Assembly (NCBI GenBank): GCA_028821455.1
Contig: JAPPGE010000049.1
Span: 24,309 to 88,308, forward strand
Length of the DNA stretch: 64,000 nucleotides
Origin: a bacterium
Lineage (GTDB): Bacteria; Pseudomonadota; Alphaproteobacteria; SP197
Direction of reading: 5' to 3'
The position numbers and the translations under genes are program-made. The notes under the pieces are model-generated. The model was given only the letters and a program-made list of their open reading frames with translations. It was not told the origin of the DNA and made no database searches. Shown here one piece after another: positions 9,295 through 19,770 of this stretch; position 1 is the stretch's first letter, and every line of letters begins with the position of its first letter.

Positions 9295-9959
9295 TGAGGA
9301 TTGCCGAGGAATTCCTTCTCCTGCTCCGCGACGAGGACGGAGCACTGTCGCGGGCTCCGGAATGGCTGGTCCGCTACGCGCTGGGCGGGGCGGTCCTGAT
9401 GGACCTCGCATTGGAGAACCGCATCGACACCGACGCCGAGCGGCTGTTCCTGATCGATGCGGCGCCGGTTGGCGATCCCCTGCTCGATCCGATACTCGTC
9501 GAGATCGCGCAATCCGGAAGGACCCATGACGCGCTCTACTGGGTGGAGCATGCGACCCACCATGCCGACGAAATTCGCGAGACCGCGCTGACACGGCTGG
9601 TCAGGAACAGCGTCCTGACTGTCAGCGATGACCGCTTCCTCAGGATATTCGGAACACGGCACTATTTTCTCGCCGATGCGGAGGTCGAGCGCGATCTGTT
9701 CCGGCGAATTCGGGACGTGCTCCTGACCGACACGATTCCCGAACCGAGGGATATCGTGATCGTCACCCTGGCAGACGGCTGCGGGCTGATCGGTCATGTC
9801 TTGTCCGCCGACGAACTGGCCGGGGTCTCCGAACGCATCGCCCTGGTGCGAAAGCTGGAACTGATCGGCCGGACCTTTCTGACCGCGCTTGACCTCGCCA
9901 TCCAGCCCGCCGGGGGAAGGTTCAGTCACGGTCCGTCCAAGAGCTCCGGTGACGGATAG
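9291..9959 (+). CDS. GPP34/GOLPH3 family protein
   Basis: IAEEFLLLL..GAVLMDLALENRI..GDPLLD..L motif; ATGA overlap with the pit stop. Confidence 0.8.
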   Translation: MMRIAEEFLLLLRDEDGALSRAPEWLVRYALGGAVLMDLALENRIDTDAERLFLIDAAPVGDPLLDPILVEIAQSGRTHDALYWVEHATHHADEIRETALTRLVRNSVLTVSDDRFLRIFGTRHYFLADAEVERDLFRRIRDVLLTDTIPEPRDIVIVTLADGCGLIGHVLSADELAGVSERIALVRKLELIGRTFLTALDLAIQPAGGRFSHGPSKSSGDG

Positions 9960-10066
9960 CCAAACGCGGTTCCGTCCTCCGCCCGATCCTTGAACGAACG
10001 TTTCGAAAATCTGTTGAAAGGCATCGACGCCGTGGCACAGAGGTAGAGATCCATATCTTCCTCCCG

Positions 10067-10095
10067 CGGTGGACCCCAGCGGGGGCGGGGAATAG
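10067..10095 (-). CRISPR. Single degenerate type I-E-like CRISPR repeat (no array)
   Basis: Minus strand 29-mer CTATTCCCCGCCCCCGCTGGGGTCCACCG resembles I-E repeats (GTGTTCCCCGC..GCGGGGAT..ACCG); no second copy at 61-nt spacing. Confidence 0.3.
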
Positions 10096-10149
10096 TGTGC
10101 GGGCCACCACCGGGGCTAACAACGCTTGCGTGGTCGGGATTGACGTCGC

Positions 10150-11295
10150 ATGAACCTTGAGCCGAGTGCGGAACAGATTGCCTTGTTCGACGTGGCCCGG
10201 GCCTTCGCGCGCGACCGTCTGGCGCCCGTGGCCCGGGATCTCGAGGAGGCCGGGACCATACCGCGATCCCTGCTTCGCGAAGCCGGCGAACTGGGCCTCG
10301 GAGGCCTGTTTGTCACCGGGGAACTCGGGGGTGCGGACCTTTCCAGGCTCGACGGCACCTTCGTGTTCGAGGCCCTGGGTGCCGGATGCCCCTCGATCGC
10401 GGCCTACGTCTCGATCCACAACATGTGTGCGGCCATGATCGACCGGTACGGCTCACCGGACCAGCGCGCACGATGGCTCCCGGGGCTGGTGGCCATGGAT
10501 CTCGTCGCCGCCTACTGCCTGACCGAGCCCGGCAGCGGATCCGATGCCGCCGCCCTTGTCACGAGCGCCCGCGAAGACGGCGAATCTTTTGTGCTCAACG
10601 GCACCAAGAGCTTCATCTCCGGCGCCGGACTTGCCGACCTCTACCTCGTCATGGCGCGCACCGGCGATGCGGGTCCGCGAGGCATCTCCTGCATTGCCAT
10701 CGAGGCCGGCACCCCGGGCCTTGGTTTCGGTGCACCGGAAGAGAAGATGGGATGGCGGGCACAGCCCACGGCCGACGTGATCATGGACGAATGCCGCGTC
10801 GACGCCGGCAACCTCGTGGGCGAGGCCGGCGCCGGTTTTCGCCAGGCGATGGCGGGGCTCGACGGTGGCCGTCTCAACCTTGCCGCCGTCTCCCTTGGCG
10901 CGGCCCAGGAAGCCCTCGACCGCAGTATCGCCTACATGAGCGGGCGCCGCGCCTTCGGCGCCACCCTTGATCAGTTCCAGGCCCTGCAGTTCCGGCTGGC
11001 CGACATGGCGACGGAACTCGAGGCATCGCGCAGCCTGTTGCGCCAGGCTGCATGGAAGCTCGACCACGGCGCCGGCGATGCCACGGTGCAGTGCGCCATG
11101 GCAAAGCGCTTCGTCACCGACACCGCGTTCCGCGTGGCCAACGACGCCCTGCAGCTCCACGGAGGTTATGGCTATCTCGCGGACTACGGCATCGAAAAGA
11201 CCGTGCGCGATCTCAGGGTGCACCAGATACTTGAGGGAACCAACGAGATCATGCGCCTCATCATCAGCCGTGCGCTGACCGGTCCGCGTACGTGA
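10150..11295 (+). CDS. Acyl-CoA dehydrogenase (isobutyryl-CoA dehydrogenase-like)
   Basis: YCLTEPGSGSDA, LQLHGGYGY, RVHQILEGTNEIMR; valine catabolic context. Confidence 0.9.
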   Translation: MNLEPSAEQIALFDVARAFARDRLAPVARDLEEAGTIPRSLLREAGELGLGGLFVTGELGGADLSRLDGTFVFEALGAGCPSIAAYVSIHNMCAAMIDRYGSPDQRARWLPGLVAMDLVAAYCLTEPGSGSDAAALVTSAREDGESFVLNGTKSFISGAGLADLYLVMARTGDAGPRGISCIAIEAGTPGLGFGAPEEKMGWRAQPTADVIMDECRVDAGNLVGEAGAGFRQAMAGLDGGRLNLAAVSLGAAQEALDRSIAYMSGRRAFGATLDQFQALQFRLADMATELEASRSLLRQAAWKLDHGAGDATVQCAMAKRFVTDTAFRVANDALQLHGGYGYLADYGIEKTVRDLRVHQILEGTNEIMRLIISRALTGPRT

Positions 11296-12341
11296 CAGGG
11301 GACCTCCGGACATGGCGTGAGGGAGGCCTCGGCCGCCTTGTGCTCGACAGGCCCGGGGCTCTCAACGCCCTCACCCACTCCATGGTGAGGGAACTCCTGG
11401 AGGTGCTCGGCGCATGGAGGGACGTCGATGACGTCACCGGTGTCGTCATCGAGGGAAACGGTGACAAGGCGTTCTCGGCGGGCGGCGACATTCTCGGCCT
11501 GTGGCAGCACGGCAGGCGCGGAGACCACGCCTTCGGGCGCGCCTTCTGGCGCGACGAGTACCGGCTCGACCGGATGATCGCGCGCTATCCCAAGCCCTTT
11601 GTCGCGCTCATGGACGGCATCGTGATGGGCGGCGGCGTGGGCGTGTCCGCCCATGGATCGCACCGCATCGTGACCGAGCGGTCCGTCGTCGCCATGCCGG
11701 AGGTGTCCATCGGCTTCCTCCCCGATGTCGGCGGCACCTGGATCCTGTCGCGCGCGCCGGGGCGACTGGGCGAGTATCTCGCCCTGACGGCCACGCGCCT
11801 GGGTCCGGCGGACGCCATTGCCGCCGGTTTTGCCGACCGCTTCATGGCATCCGATCGCCTCCCGGAACTGGTGAGGCGCCTGGAGACCGAGGGAACGTAC
11901 TGCGTCGACCGGCTGGCCGGTGCACCGCCCGGCGGTTTCCTCGAAGCGCGCCTCGACGAGATCGACGAAGCGTTCTCGGCGGCAGACGGCCCGGCCATCG
12001 TCGCCCGGCTGGAGAGTTCTTCCTCGCCATGGGCAGACGAGGCTGCCAGCGCCATCCGGCGTCACTCGCCGCTGTCGGTCGCCTGTGCGCTGGAGGCCGT
12101 GCGCGCGGCACGCCGGCTGGCAGATCTCGAAAGCTGCCTTGCCATGGAGTTCCGCTTCGCCTGGCGGGCGACGCAGCAGACCGACTTCCTCGAGGGCATC
12201 CGCGCCGCGATCATCGACAGGGACGGGCGTCCGTGCTGGCGCCATGCCCGTCTCGAGGACGTGACACCCGCCGAGGTCGCCCAACTGTTCGCGCCCCTCG
12301 GCGACGAGGAACTTGACCTCAAGGGAGACAGAGAACGATGA
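11292..12341 (+). CDS. 3-hydroxyisobutyryl-CoA hydrolase (crotonase family)
   Basis: AFSAGGDI, GIVMGGGVG, MPEVSIGFLPDVG, DFLEGIRA. Confidence 0.88.
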   Translation: MTGDLRTWREGGLGRLVLDRPGALNALTHSMVRELLEVLGAWRDVDDVTGVVIEGNGDKAFSAGGDILGLWQHGRRGDHAFGRAFWRDEYRLDRMIARYPKPFVALMDGIVMGGGVGVSAHGSHRIVTERSVVAMPEVSIGFLPDVGGTWILSRAPGRLGEYLALTATRLGPADAIAAGFADRFMASDRLPELVRRLETEGTYCVDRLAGAPPGGFLEARLDEIDEAFSAADGPAIVARLESSSSPWADEAASAIRRHSPLSVACALEAVRAARRLADLESCLAMEFRFAWRATQQTDFLEGIRAAIIDRDGRPCWRHARLEDVTPAEVAQLFAPLGDEELDLKGDRER

Positions 12342-13225
12342 CCTCAGTCGGATTCATCGGCCTTGGCAACATGGGAACGCCCATGGCCTGCAACCTGGTG
12401 GCAGCGGGTCTCCAGGTCACCGGCCACGACGTGGCGGAGGGAGCCCGCACCGTGGCGGCTGCGAAGGGTGTCGACATCGCCGACAGCGCGGTCGCCGCGG
12501 CGGCGAACCGCGACGTCGTCATCACCATGCTGCCGGACGGTGCCGCCCTCCTCGAGGTCTACCGCACGATCATGGCCGACGTGCGGGCGGGCACGGTCTT
12601 GATGGACTGCTCGACGGTCGACATCGCATCAGCAAGAAAGGCGCACGACATGGCGGCGGAACGAAACCTGCCGTCGGTCGATGCGCCGGTTTCCGGGGGC
12701 ATCGCCGGCGCCGAGGCGGGAACGCTCACCTTCATGGTCGGCGGGGATCCACAAGCCTGCGAGGCCGTCCGCCCGCTTCTCGACATCATGGGCCGCACGA
12801 TCGTCCTGTGCGGAGGCCCGGGATGCGGCCAGGCGGTCAAGATCTGCAACAACATGATTCTCGGAATCTCGATGATCGGCGTCTGCGAGGCGCTCACCCT
12901 CGCCAGGGAACTCGAGCTCGAGCCTGAGCGGGTGTTCGATGTCGTCTCGACCTCGTCGGGGTCGTGCTGGTCGATGAACGACTATTGCCCGCTGCCGGGT
13001 GTCGGCCCGGAGAGCCCGGCCGATCACGACTACAGGCCGGGATTTGCCGCAGCCCTCATGTTGAAGGACCTGGGCCTGAGCCAGCAGGCGGCCGCGTCGG
13101 TGGACGTCGCCACCCCGATGGGAGCGATGGCGGCCTCCGTCTACGAGACCATGGTGGCGTCGGGCATGGGCCACCTCGACTTTTCGGCGGTCATCCGGCA
13201 TGTCCGGTCGCTGACGAGGGAGTGA
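12338..13225 (+). CDS. mmsB: 3-hydroxyisobutyrate dehydrogenase
   Basis: FIGLGNMG, DAPVSGG, KICNNMILG, LMLKDL. Confidence 0.93.
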   Translation: MTSVGFIGLGNMGTPMACNLVAAGLQVTGHDVAEGARTVAAAKGVDIADSAVAAAANRDVVITMLPDGAALLEVYRTIMADVRAGTVLMDCSTVDIASARKAHDMAAERNLPSVDAPVSGGIAGAEAGTLTFMVGGDPQACEAVRPLLDIMGRTIVLCGGPGCGQAVKICNNMILGISMIGVCEALTLARELELEPERVFDVVSTSSGSCWSMNDYCPLPGVGPESPADHDYRPGFAAALMLKDLGLSQQAAASVDVATPMGAMAASVYETMVASGMGHLDFSAVIRHVRSLTRE

Positions 13226-13231
13226 TCCAGC

Positions 13232-14002
13232 ATGTCGGAACACATCATCGTCGAGCGCGACCGGAAGGTCCTGCTCGTCCGTCTCAACCGGCCCCAGGCA
13301 CTCAACGCTCTCAACACCGCCCTCGCCAGGGAACTCGTCTGTGTCCTCGAAGAGGCCGACCAGGACCCCGGCATCGGCGCTCTTGTCATCACCGGCTCGG
13401 AGAAGGCCTTTGCCGCCGGCGCCGACATCCGGGAGATGGCATCCAGGGACTTCGCCTCCGTCTTCGGAGACGACCCTTTTTCCGAGTGGGATCGCTTTCA
13501 GTCCCTGCGGACACCTACCATCGCCGCTGTCGCCGGCTATGCCCTGGGCGGCGGATGCGAACTCGCGATGATGTGCGACATCATCATCGCCGCCGAGGAT
13601 GCCCGGTTCGGCCAGCCGGAAATCAGGCTTGGCGTCATGCCGGGCATGGGCGGCACGCAGCGCCTTGCCCGGGCGATCGGCAAGGCAAAGGCCGTCGATC
13701 TCATCCTGACCGGGCGCACGATGGATGCCGCGGAAGCCGAACGGTCCGGGCTGGTGGCGCGCGTCGTGCCCGCCGACCGGCTGATCGACGAGGCCCTCGA
13801 GGTGGCGCATGCCATCGCCGGACACGGCCGCCTCGCCACGCGCATGGCCAAGGAGGCGATCAACCGCGCCTTCGAGACCTCGCTCGCCGAGGGTCTCGCC
13901 TTCGAGAAACGCGCCTTCCAGTCTCTCTTCGCCACCGACGATCAGAAGGAAGGCATGGCCGCCTTCATCGAAAAACGCCCACCCCGCTTCACGAATTCCT
14001 GA
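13232..14002 (+). CDS. Enoyl-CoA hydratase
   Basis: [41 protein letters not shown]. Confidence 0.92.
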   Translation: MSEHIIVERDRKVLLVRLNRPQALNALNTALARELVCVLEEADQDPGIGALVITGSEKAFAAGADIREMASRDFASVFGDDPFSEWDRFQSLRTPTIAAVAGYALGGGCELAMMCDIIIAAEDARFGQPEIRLGVMPGMGGTQRLARAIGKAKAVDLILTGRTMDAAEAERSGLVARVVPADRLIDEALEVAHAIAGHGRLATRMAKEAINRAFETSLAEGLAFEKRAFQSLFATDDQKEGMAAFIEKRPPRFTNS

Positions 14003-14009
14003 CGGGCGG

Positions 14010-14840
14010 TCAGTCCCTCAGGAGTTCGTTGATGCCGGTCTTGGCGCGCGTCCTCTCATCCACCTGCTTGATGATGACGGCGCAGTAGAGCGAGGGGCCG
14101 CCCGGGACCTTCGGTGGCAGCGCTCCCGGCACCACCACCGAACCGGCGGGAACGCGCCCGGTGATGGTTTCTCCGGTTTCACGATAGACGATCCGGGTGG
14201 AGGCGCCGATGAAGACACCCATGGAGAGCACCGAACCCTTCTCGACGATCACGCCTTCGACGACCTCGCTGCGGGCGCCTATGAAACAGTCGTCCTCGAT
14301 GATCACGGGTGCTGCCTGCAGAGGCTCGAGGACGCCGCCCAGACCCGCACCTCCGGAAATGTGACAGTTGCGGCCCACCTGGGCGCAGCTCCCCACGGTG
14401 GCCCACGTGTCCACCATCGTCCCCTCGCCGACCCAGGCGCCGACGTTGACGAAACTCGGCATCAGCACGACACCGGGAGCGACATAGGCGCCGTGACGGA
14501 CGATGGCGTGCGGCACCGCCCGGAATCCGGCCGCCGCGAACCGGGCCTCATCCCATCCCTCGAACTTGTTCTCCACCTTGTCGTACCAGCTGGCATCGGT
14601 GCCCGGGGCGCCCGGAATGGTCCGGGTTTCGGTCAGCCTGAAGGACAGCAGAACCGCCTTCTTCAGCCATTCGTTGATGATCCAGCCGCCGGCGCCCGGT
14701 TCGGCAATGCGGCATTCACCGGAATCCAGCAGGTCGACTGCCTGGAGAACCGCGTCCCGGACGGGCCCTTCGGTGGCGGTGTTGATCGTGGTCCTGGCGT
14801 CCCAGGCCTCCTCGATCGTGGTCTGGAGATCGTGCGTCAT
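14010..14840 (-). CDS. dapD: Tetrahydrodipicolinate N-succinyltransferase
   Basis: [38 protein letters not shown]. Confidence 0.96.
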   Translation of the reverse strand: MTHDLQTTIEEAWDARTTINTATEGPVRDAVLQAVDLLDSGECRIAEPGAGGWIINEWLKKAVLLSFRLTETRTIPGAPGTDASWYDKVENKFEGWDEARFAAAGFRAVPHAIVRHGAYVAPGVVLMPSFVNVGAWVGEGTMVDTWATVGSCAQVGRNCHISGGAGLGGVLEPLQAAPVIIEDDCFIGARSEVVEGVIVEKGSVLSMGVFIGASTRIVYRETGETITGRVPAGSVVVPGALPPKVPGGPSLYCAVIIKQVDERTRAKTGINELLRD

Positions 14841-15538
14841 CGGGGGACACCTTTCCGTCTGGTGGAGAGCGAAGCGCCGCCGGATCGGAGAAGGGCGGCC
14901 AGCCAGACGGCGAGATCCGGCGTGTGATGGTCGATGTGATCGCCGGCCGCGTCTGACGGTTCACCGACCAGGACCGTGGTCATGCCGAGATCCTTGGCCG
15001 GCTTGAGGTTGCGTGCGAGGTCCTCGAAGTAGATGGCCCGGGCGGGATCGATGTCGTGACGCCGGATGAGCGCCTGGTAGACGACGGGATCGGGCTTCGG
15101 GATGTATCCCGAGGCGACGATGTCGAACACGGCCTCGAAACAGCCGGCGACCCCCAGGCGCTCCATGGCGCGCATGGCGTGCGGCCGATCGCCATTGGTG
15201 AAGATCAACTTGCGTCCCGGCAGTTCCTCCAGCGTGCGGGCAAGATCCGGATTCTCCGGTATCGGCGACCAGTCGATGTCGTGCACGAAGGCGAGGAACT
15301 CCTCGGGGTCACAGTCATGGATCTTCATCAGGCCGTTCAGCGTGGTGCCGTGCTCGAGGTAGTACTGCTTCTGCAACGCCCGTGCCTGGCCGTGCTCGAG
15401 CCCGAGGAACTCCGCGATGTAGATGGTCATGCGGTCGGTGACCTGGTCGAAGAAGCCGAACCGGGCGGAATAGAGCGTGTTGTCCAGATCGAAGATCCAG
15501 GTGTCCACGTTTCCGAAAATGCGTTCTGCGGCTCTCAC
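14837..15538 (-). CDS. Pyrimidine 5'-nucleotidase (HAD family)
   Basis: [33 protein letters not shown]. Confidence 0.9.
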   Translation of the reverse strand: MRAAERIFGNVDTWIFDLDNTLYSARFGFFDQVTDRMTIYIAEFLGLEHGQARALQKQYYLEHGTTLNGLMKIHDCDPEEFLAFVHDIDWSPIPENPDLARTLEELPGRKLIFTNGDRPHAMRAMERLGVAGCFEAVFDIVASGYIPKPDPVVYQALIRRHDIDPARAIYFEDLARNLKPAKDLGMTTVLVGEPSDAAGDHIDHHTPDLAVWLAALLRSGGASLSTRRKGVPR

Positions 15539-16455
15539 GCGTTGATCTTCGTGCCGGTGCCGTTTTCCGTGAACAGCTCGAGCAGCAGGACATGGGGAAT
15601 GCGGCCGTCAAGGACGTGGGCGGCGCCGACGTCGCTCTCCAGGGCCGTCAGACAGGTCTCGAGCTTCGGAATCATGCCGCCGGTGATGGCCCCGGTGTCG
15701 AACAGCTTCTTCGCTTCCAGGAGCGACATCTCCGAGATGAGCGTGCCCTCGGCGTCGAGCACTCCCGGGACATCGGTAAGCAACAGCAGCTTCGGCGCCT
15801 TCAGCGCCACGGCGATGGCGCCGGCCGCGGTATCGGCGTTGATGTTGTAGGTATCGCCGTTCTCGGCAATCCCCACCGGAGCGATGACAGGTATCGCCTG
15901 GGTCGACGCCAGGAGCGTCAGGATGTCGGCGTTGACCTTCTCGGGCTCGCCGACAAATCCGAGGTCGATGACTCCCTCGATGTTCGAATCGGGATCGCGG
16001 GTCAGACGCTCGACCTTGCGGGCCTGCAGAAGACGCCCGTCCTTGCCCGAGATGCCGATCGCAAGACCGCCCTCGGCATTGATCGACGACACGATCTTCT
16101 TGTTGATGGAGCCGGCCAGGACCATCTCCACCACGTCCATGGATCGCTTGTCGGTGACTCGCAGGCCGTCGACAAACTGCGACTCGATCGCCAGGTCGTC
16201 GAGCATGGAACCGATCTGAGGCCCGCCACCGTGGACGATGACCGGGTTGATTCCCACCTGCTTGATGAGGACGACGTCGCGGGCGAAGTCCCGCGCCAGC
16301 TTGTCGTTCCCCATGGCGTGACCGCCATACTTGATGACGAAGGTGCACCCGGAAAACTGGCGCAGATAGGGCAGTGCTTCCGCCAGGGTCTCGGCGGTTC
16401 TCAACCAGTGCTTGGTGACAGCGATGTTCTTTTCGGCAGTGCCGCGCCTGATCAT
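15535..16455 (-). CDS. argB: Acetylglutamate kinase
   Basis: IKYGGHAM, VHGGGPQI, NINAD, GGMIPK. Confidence 0.96.
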   Translation of the reverse strand: MIRRGTAEKNIAVTKHWLRTAETLAEALPYLRQFSGCTFVIKYGGHAMGNDKLARDFARDVVLIKQVGINPVIVHGGGPQIGSMLDDLAIESQFVDGLRVTDKRSMDVVEMVLAGSINKKIVSSINAEGGLAIGISGKDGRLLQARKVERLTRDPDSNIEGVIDLGFVGEPEKVNADILTLLASTQAIPVIAPVGIAENGDTYNINADTAAGAIAVALKAPKLLLLTDVPGVLDAEGTLISEMSLLEAKKLFDTGAITGGMIPKLETCLTALESDVGAAHVLDGRIPHVLLLELFTENGTGTKINA

Positions 16456-16547
16456 GGAGGGCCGCCTTCATTCACCCGAATCCGGCAAGGGATGGCTCAG
16501 AGGATAGTCCGGTTGTTCCGGCAGGTGCAAACCGGCTGCCTCGGGCC

Positions 16548-17348
16548 TCAAGCCTCGGCGGAGTGCAGGATCTGGCTCAGGAAGAGCTTGGTGCGGTCGC
16601 TCTTCGGATTCCTGAAGAACTCCGTCGGCGGCGCCTGTTCGACGATCTGCCCCTCGTCCATGAAGATGATCCGGTTGGCGACCTGGCGGGCGAACCCCAT
16701 CTCGTGGGAGACGACGAGCATCGTCATGCCGCTTTCCGCGAGATCCACCATGACCTCGAGAACCTCCTTGATCATCTCCGGATCGAGCGCCGAGGTCGGT
16801 TCGTCAAACAGCATGACGCGCGGTTCCATGCACAACGACCGGGCGATGGCCACCCGCTGCTGCTGGCCGCCGGACAGCTGGCCCGGGTACTTGGAGGCCT
16901 GTTCGGGAATCTTCACCCTCTCGAGGTAGCGCATGGCGGATTCATCGGCTTCGGCCCTGGGCATGCGCCGCACCCAGATCGGCGCCAGGGTGCAGTTCTC
17001 CAGCACGGTGAGGTGCGGGAACAGGTTGAAGTGCTGGAACACCATGCCCACCTCGCGGCGCACCTGGTCCATCTTCTTGATGTTGTCGGTCAGTTCGATG
17101 CCGTCGACCTCGACCCTGCCGCGCTGGTGTTTCTCGAGCCGGTTGATGCAGCGGATCATGGTCGACTTGCCTGAGCCCGAGGGACCGCAGATCACGATTC
17201 GCTCGCCGCGGTAGACGGTCAGGTTGATGTCCTTCAACACGTGGAAGTCGCCGAACCACTTGTTCATGGACGTGATGTCGATCACCACCTCGTCGCTGAC
17301 CGCGCCGGTGAAGGCTTCCTCGGAACCCTGGATGTCCTGATCAGTCAT
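16548..17348 (-). CDS. aapP: Amino acid ABC transporter ATP-binding protein
   Basis: [28 protein letters not shown]; probable start MTDQ at 17348. Confidence 0.92.
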   Translation of the reverse strand: MTDQDIQGSEEAFTGAVSDEVVIDITSMNKWFGDFHVLKDINLTVYRGERIVICGPSGSGKSTMIRCINRLEKHQRGRVEVDGIELTDNIKKMDQVRREVGMVFQHFNLFPHLTVLENCTLAPIWVRRMPRAEADESAMRYLERVKIPEQASKYPGQLSGGQQQRVAIARSLCMEPRVMLFDEPTSALDPEMIKEVLEVMVDLAESGMTMLVVSHEMGFARQVANRIIFMDEGQIVEQAPPTEFFRNPKSDRTKLFLSQILHSAEA

Positions 17349-17358
17349 CGCATGTGTC

Positions 17359-18465
17359 CTAGTGACCGGTGTGCAACCTGCGCTCGAGCCATGCGGAGTA
17401 GCGCGACATGCCGAAGCAGCACAGGAAGAAGAAGATGGCAACGAAAATGTAGACCTCGGTCGACAGGCCCTGCCACGTGGTGTCGGAGAGCGTCGCCTTG
17501 CCGATGCCGAGGGGATCGAGAAGGCCGATGATGATGACGAGCGTCGTGTCCTTGTAGAGCGCGATGAAGGAGTTGACGATTCCGGGGATCGAGATCTTCA
17601 GCGCCTGGGGCAGGATGACGAGTCTCATGGTCTTCCAGTAGGGAAGGCCCAGGGACTTCGCGGCCTCGTACTGCCCCGCCGGCATGGCCTGGAGCCCGCC
17701 GCGGATGACCTCGGCGAGATAGGCGGCCGAGAACAGGGTGACCATGATGAGGACGCGCACCAGCAGGTTGAAGCTGGTGCCGGGCGGCATGAAGTAGTTG
17801 AGCAGGGTCGAGGCGACGAAGAGCAGCGTGATGAGCGGCACGCCGCGTATGAACTCGATGAAGGCGACGCACAACACCCTGATGATGAAGAGATCGGACT
17901 GCCGGCCGAGCGCCAGCAAGATGCCCAGCGGCAGCGAGGCGGAAATCCCGGTGATGCCGATGACGATGGTGAGCAGAAACCCGCCAAATCGCGCGGTCTC
18001 CACTTCCGGCAGGCCGAGGCCGCCGATCAGCAGGATGTAGGCGACCACGGGATAGCAGATGGAAAACCCGACGAGGTGCCGCCGCCACGGGATCCTGTCG
18101 TAGAGCACCGGCGCCAGGGCCACGAACAGCAGGACAAATGCGAGATTCGCTCTCCAGCGTTCGCTCTTCGGGTAGTCACCGTAGACGAACTGGTCGAAGC
18201 GCGTCACCACCACCGCCCAGCAGGCGCCGTCAGCGGTATCCCAGCACTCGGCGCGCGACGCGGCGACCCACACCGCGTCGAAGATCGCCCAGTCAAGGAA
18301 GGGCGGAATGATCAGCCACAACAGATAGATCACCACGAAAGTGAGGACGATGTTGGAGGCCGACGAGAAGAGGTTCTCCTTCAGCCAACGGGCGATCCCC
18401 ACCGACATCACGGGCGGCGGCAGGGTCGGCGCCTTCTCGTGAACGATATGGGTGGCGCGCTCCAT
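17359..18465 (-). CDS. aapM: Amino acid ABC transporter permease
   Basis: [33 protein letters not shown]. Confidence 0.92.
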   Translation of the reverse strand: MERATHIVHEKAPTLPPPVMSVGIARWLKENLFSSASNIVLTFVVIYLLWLIIPPFLDWAIFDAVWVAASRAECWDTADGACWAVVVTRFDQFVYGDYPKSERWRANLAFVLLFVALAPVLYDRIPWRRHLVGFSICYPVVAYILLIGGLGLPEVETARFGGFLLTIVIGITGISASLPLGILLALGRQSDLFIIRVLCVAFIEFIRGVPLITLLFVASTLLNYFMPPGTSFNLLVRVLIMVTLFSAAYLAEVIRGGLQAMPAGQYEAAKSLGLPYWKTMRLVILPQALKISIPGIVNSFIALYKDTTLVIIIGLLDPLGIGKATLSDTTWQGLSTEVYIFVAIFFFLCCFGMSRYSAWLERRLHTGH

Positions 18466-18469
18466 GGTC

Positions 18470-19666
18470 TCACCGCTCCACCAGGCGGATGCGCCGGTTG
18501 TACCAGTTCATGAACGCCGAAATCGTCAGTGAGATCAGCAGGTATATGGTGAGCAGGATGGACATGCACTCCAGCGCCCGGCCGGTCTGGTTCAGCGATA
18601 TGCGGCCGATGGTGGCGGTGAGGTCCATGTAGCCGACGGCGATCGCCAGGGAGGAATTCTTGGTCAGGTTGAGGTACTGGCTGATGAGCGGCGGAACGAT
18701 CACCCGCAATGCCTGCGGGATGATGACGAGGCGCATGGTCCAGCCGGGCTTGATGCCGAGCGAAAAGGCGGCCTCGGTCTGCCCGTGACTGACCGCCACG
18801 ATGCCGCTGCGCACGATCTCGGCGATGAACGCCGCCGTGTAGATCGACAGGGCGAACCACAGGGCGAAGAACTCGGGTTTCAGTGCAATGCCACCCTGGT
18901 AGTTGAAGCCCTTGAGGGCGGGCCAGTCGAGACTGACCGGGGATCCGGAGGCGAAGTAGGCGATGACGGGAGCGGCGACGATGGCCGCCAGGGATATCGA
19001 CAGGACGGGGTAGATTCTCCCGGTCCGTTCCTGGACGCGCCGCGCGTGGCGGGCAAACAGGAAGAGGCCGACGAGGGTGACGATGAGACTGGCCGGAATC
19101 ACCCAGGCGAAATCCTCGAAGATGGGACGCGGCAGGTAGAAGCCGCGGTTGGAGAGAAAGAGCCCGCTGACCGGCTCGATCGCCTGTCTGGGATGCGGCA
19201 GGACGTGGACGACGATGCCGTACCACAGGAGGATATGGAGAAGCACCGGCACGTTGCGCGTGAACTCGATGTAGGCGGTCATCAGCCTGGAAACGAGCCA
19301 GTTGTTCGACAGGCGCAGGATGCCGACCATGAAGCCGAGGAGCGTGGCGAAGATGATGCCGGTCACCGCGACCAGCACGGTATTCAGGAATCCGACAAGG
19401 GCGGCGCGGGCATGGGTCGAGCGCGAGGTGTAATCGATCAGTCGCTGGTTGATGTCGTAGCTGGCCGGATGCCCGAGGAAACCGTACCCGGTCTCCACAC
19501 CCAGATTCTCGAGGTTCTGGACCGTGTTGTTGATGATCCAGCCCAGCGTCGCAAGCAGGACGACGAGGGCGGCAATCTGGATCACGAGGGACCGGGACCG
19601 TTCGTTGGTCCATATGTCGGACAGGCGAAAGGTGCTGCCCGGCTCAACACCCGGATGAACGGTCAC
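18470..19666 (-). CDS. aapQ: Amino acid ABC transporter permease
   Basis: RNVPVL, AFIAEIVRSGI..GQTEAA, YLNLTKNSSLA. Confidence 0.92.
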   Translation of the reverse strand: MTVHPGVEPGSTFRLSDIWTNERSRSLVIQIAALVVLLATLGWIINNTVQNLENLGVETGYGFLGHPASYDINQRLIDYTSRSTHARAALVGFLNTVLVAVTGIIFATLLGFMVGILRLSNNWLVSRLMTAYIEFTRNVPVLLHILLWYGIVVHVLPHPRQAIEPVSGLFLSNRGFYLPRPIFEDFAWVIPASLIVTLVGLFLFARHARRVQERTGRIYPVLSISLAAIVAAPVIAYFASGSPVSLDWPALKGFNYQGGIALKPEFFALWFALSIYTAAFIAEIVRSGIVAVSHGQTEAAFSLGIKPGWTMRLVIIPQALRVIVPPLISQYLNLTKNSSLAIAVGYMDLTATIGRISLNQTGRALECMSILLTIYLLISLTISAFMNWYNRRIRLVER

Positions 19667-19710
19667 TTAAGAATCCGGTCCCGGAAGATCAGCGATCATG
19701 CCAGGAGCCA

Positions 19711-19746
19711 CAACCGGCACCCGTTCAGGTCAACGGGTGCCGGTTG
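19711..19746. terminator. Intergenic stem-loop after aapJ (partial terminator or mRNA stabiliser)
   Basis: Perfect 15-bp stem CAACCGGCACCCGTT / AACGGGTGCCGGTTG with a 6-nt loop. Confidence 0.7.
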
Positions 19747-19770
19747 CGATGTCTCGAAGATCAGCTCAGA

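Noticed and set aside
9960-10150. CRISPR array
   Set aside because: Only one degenerate repeat-like unit; no periodic repeats, spacers or cas genes.
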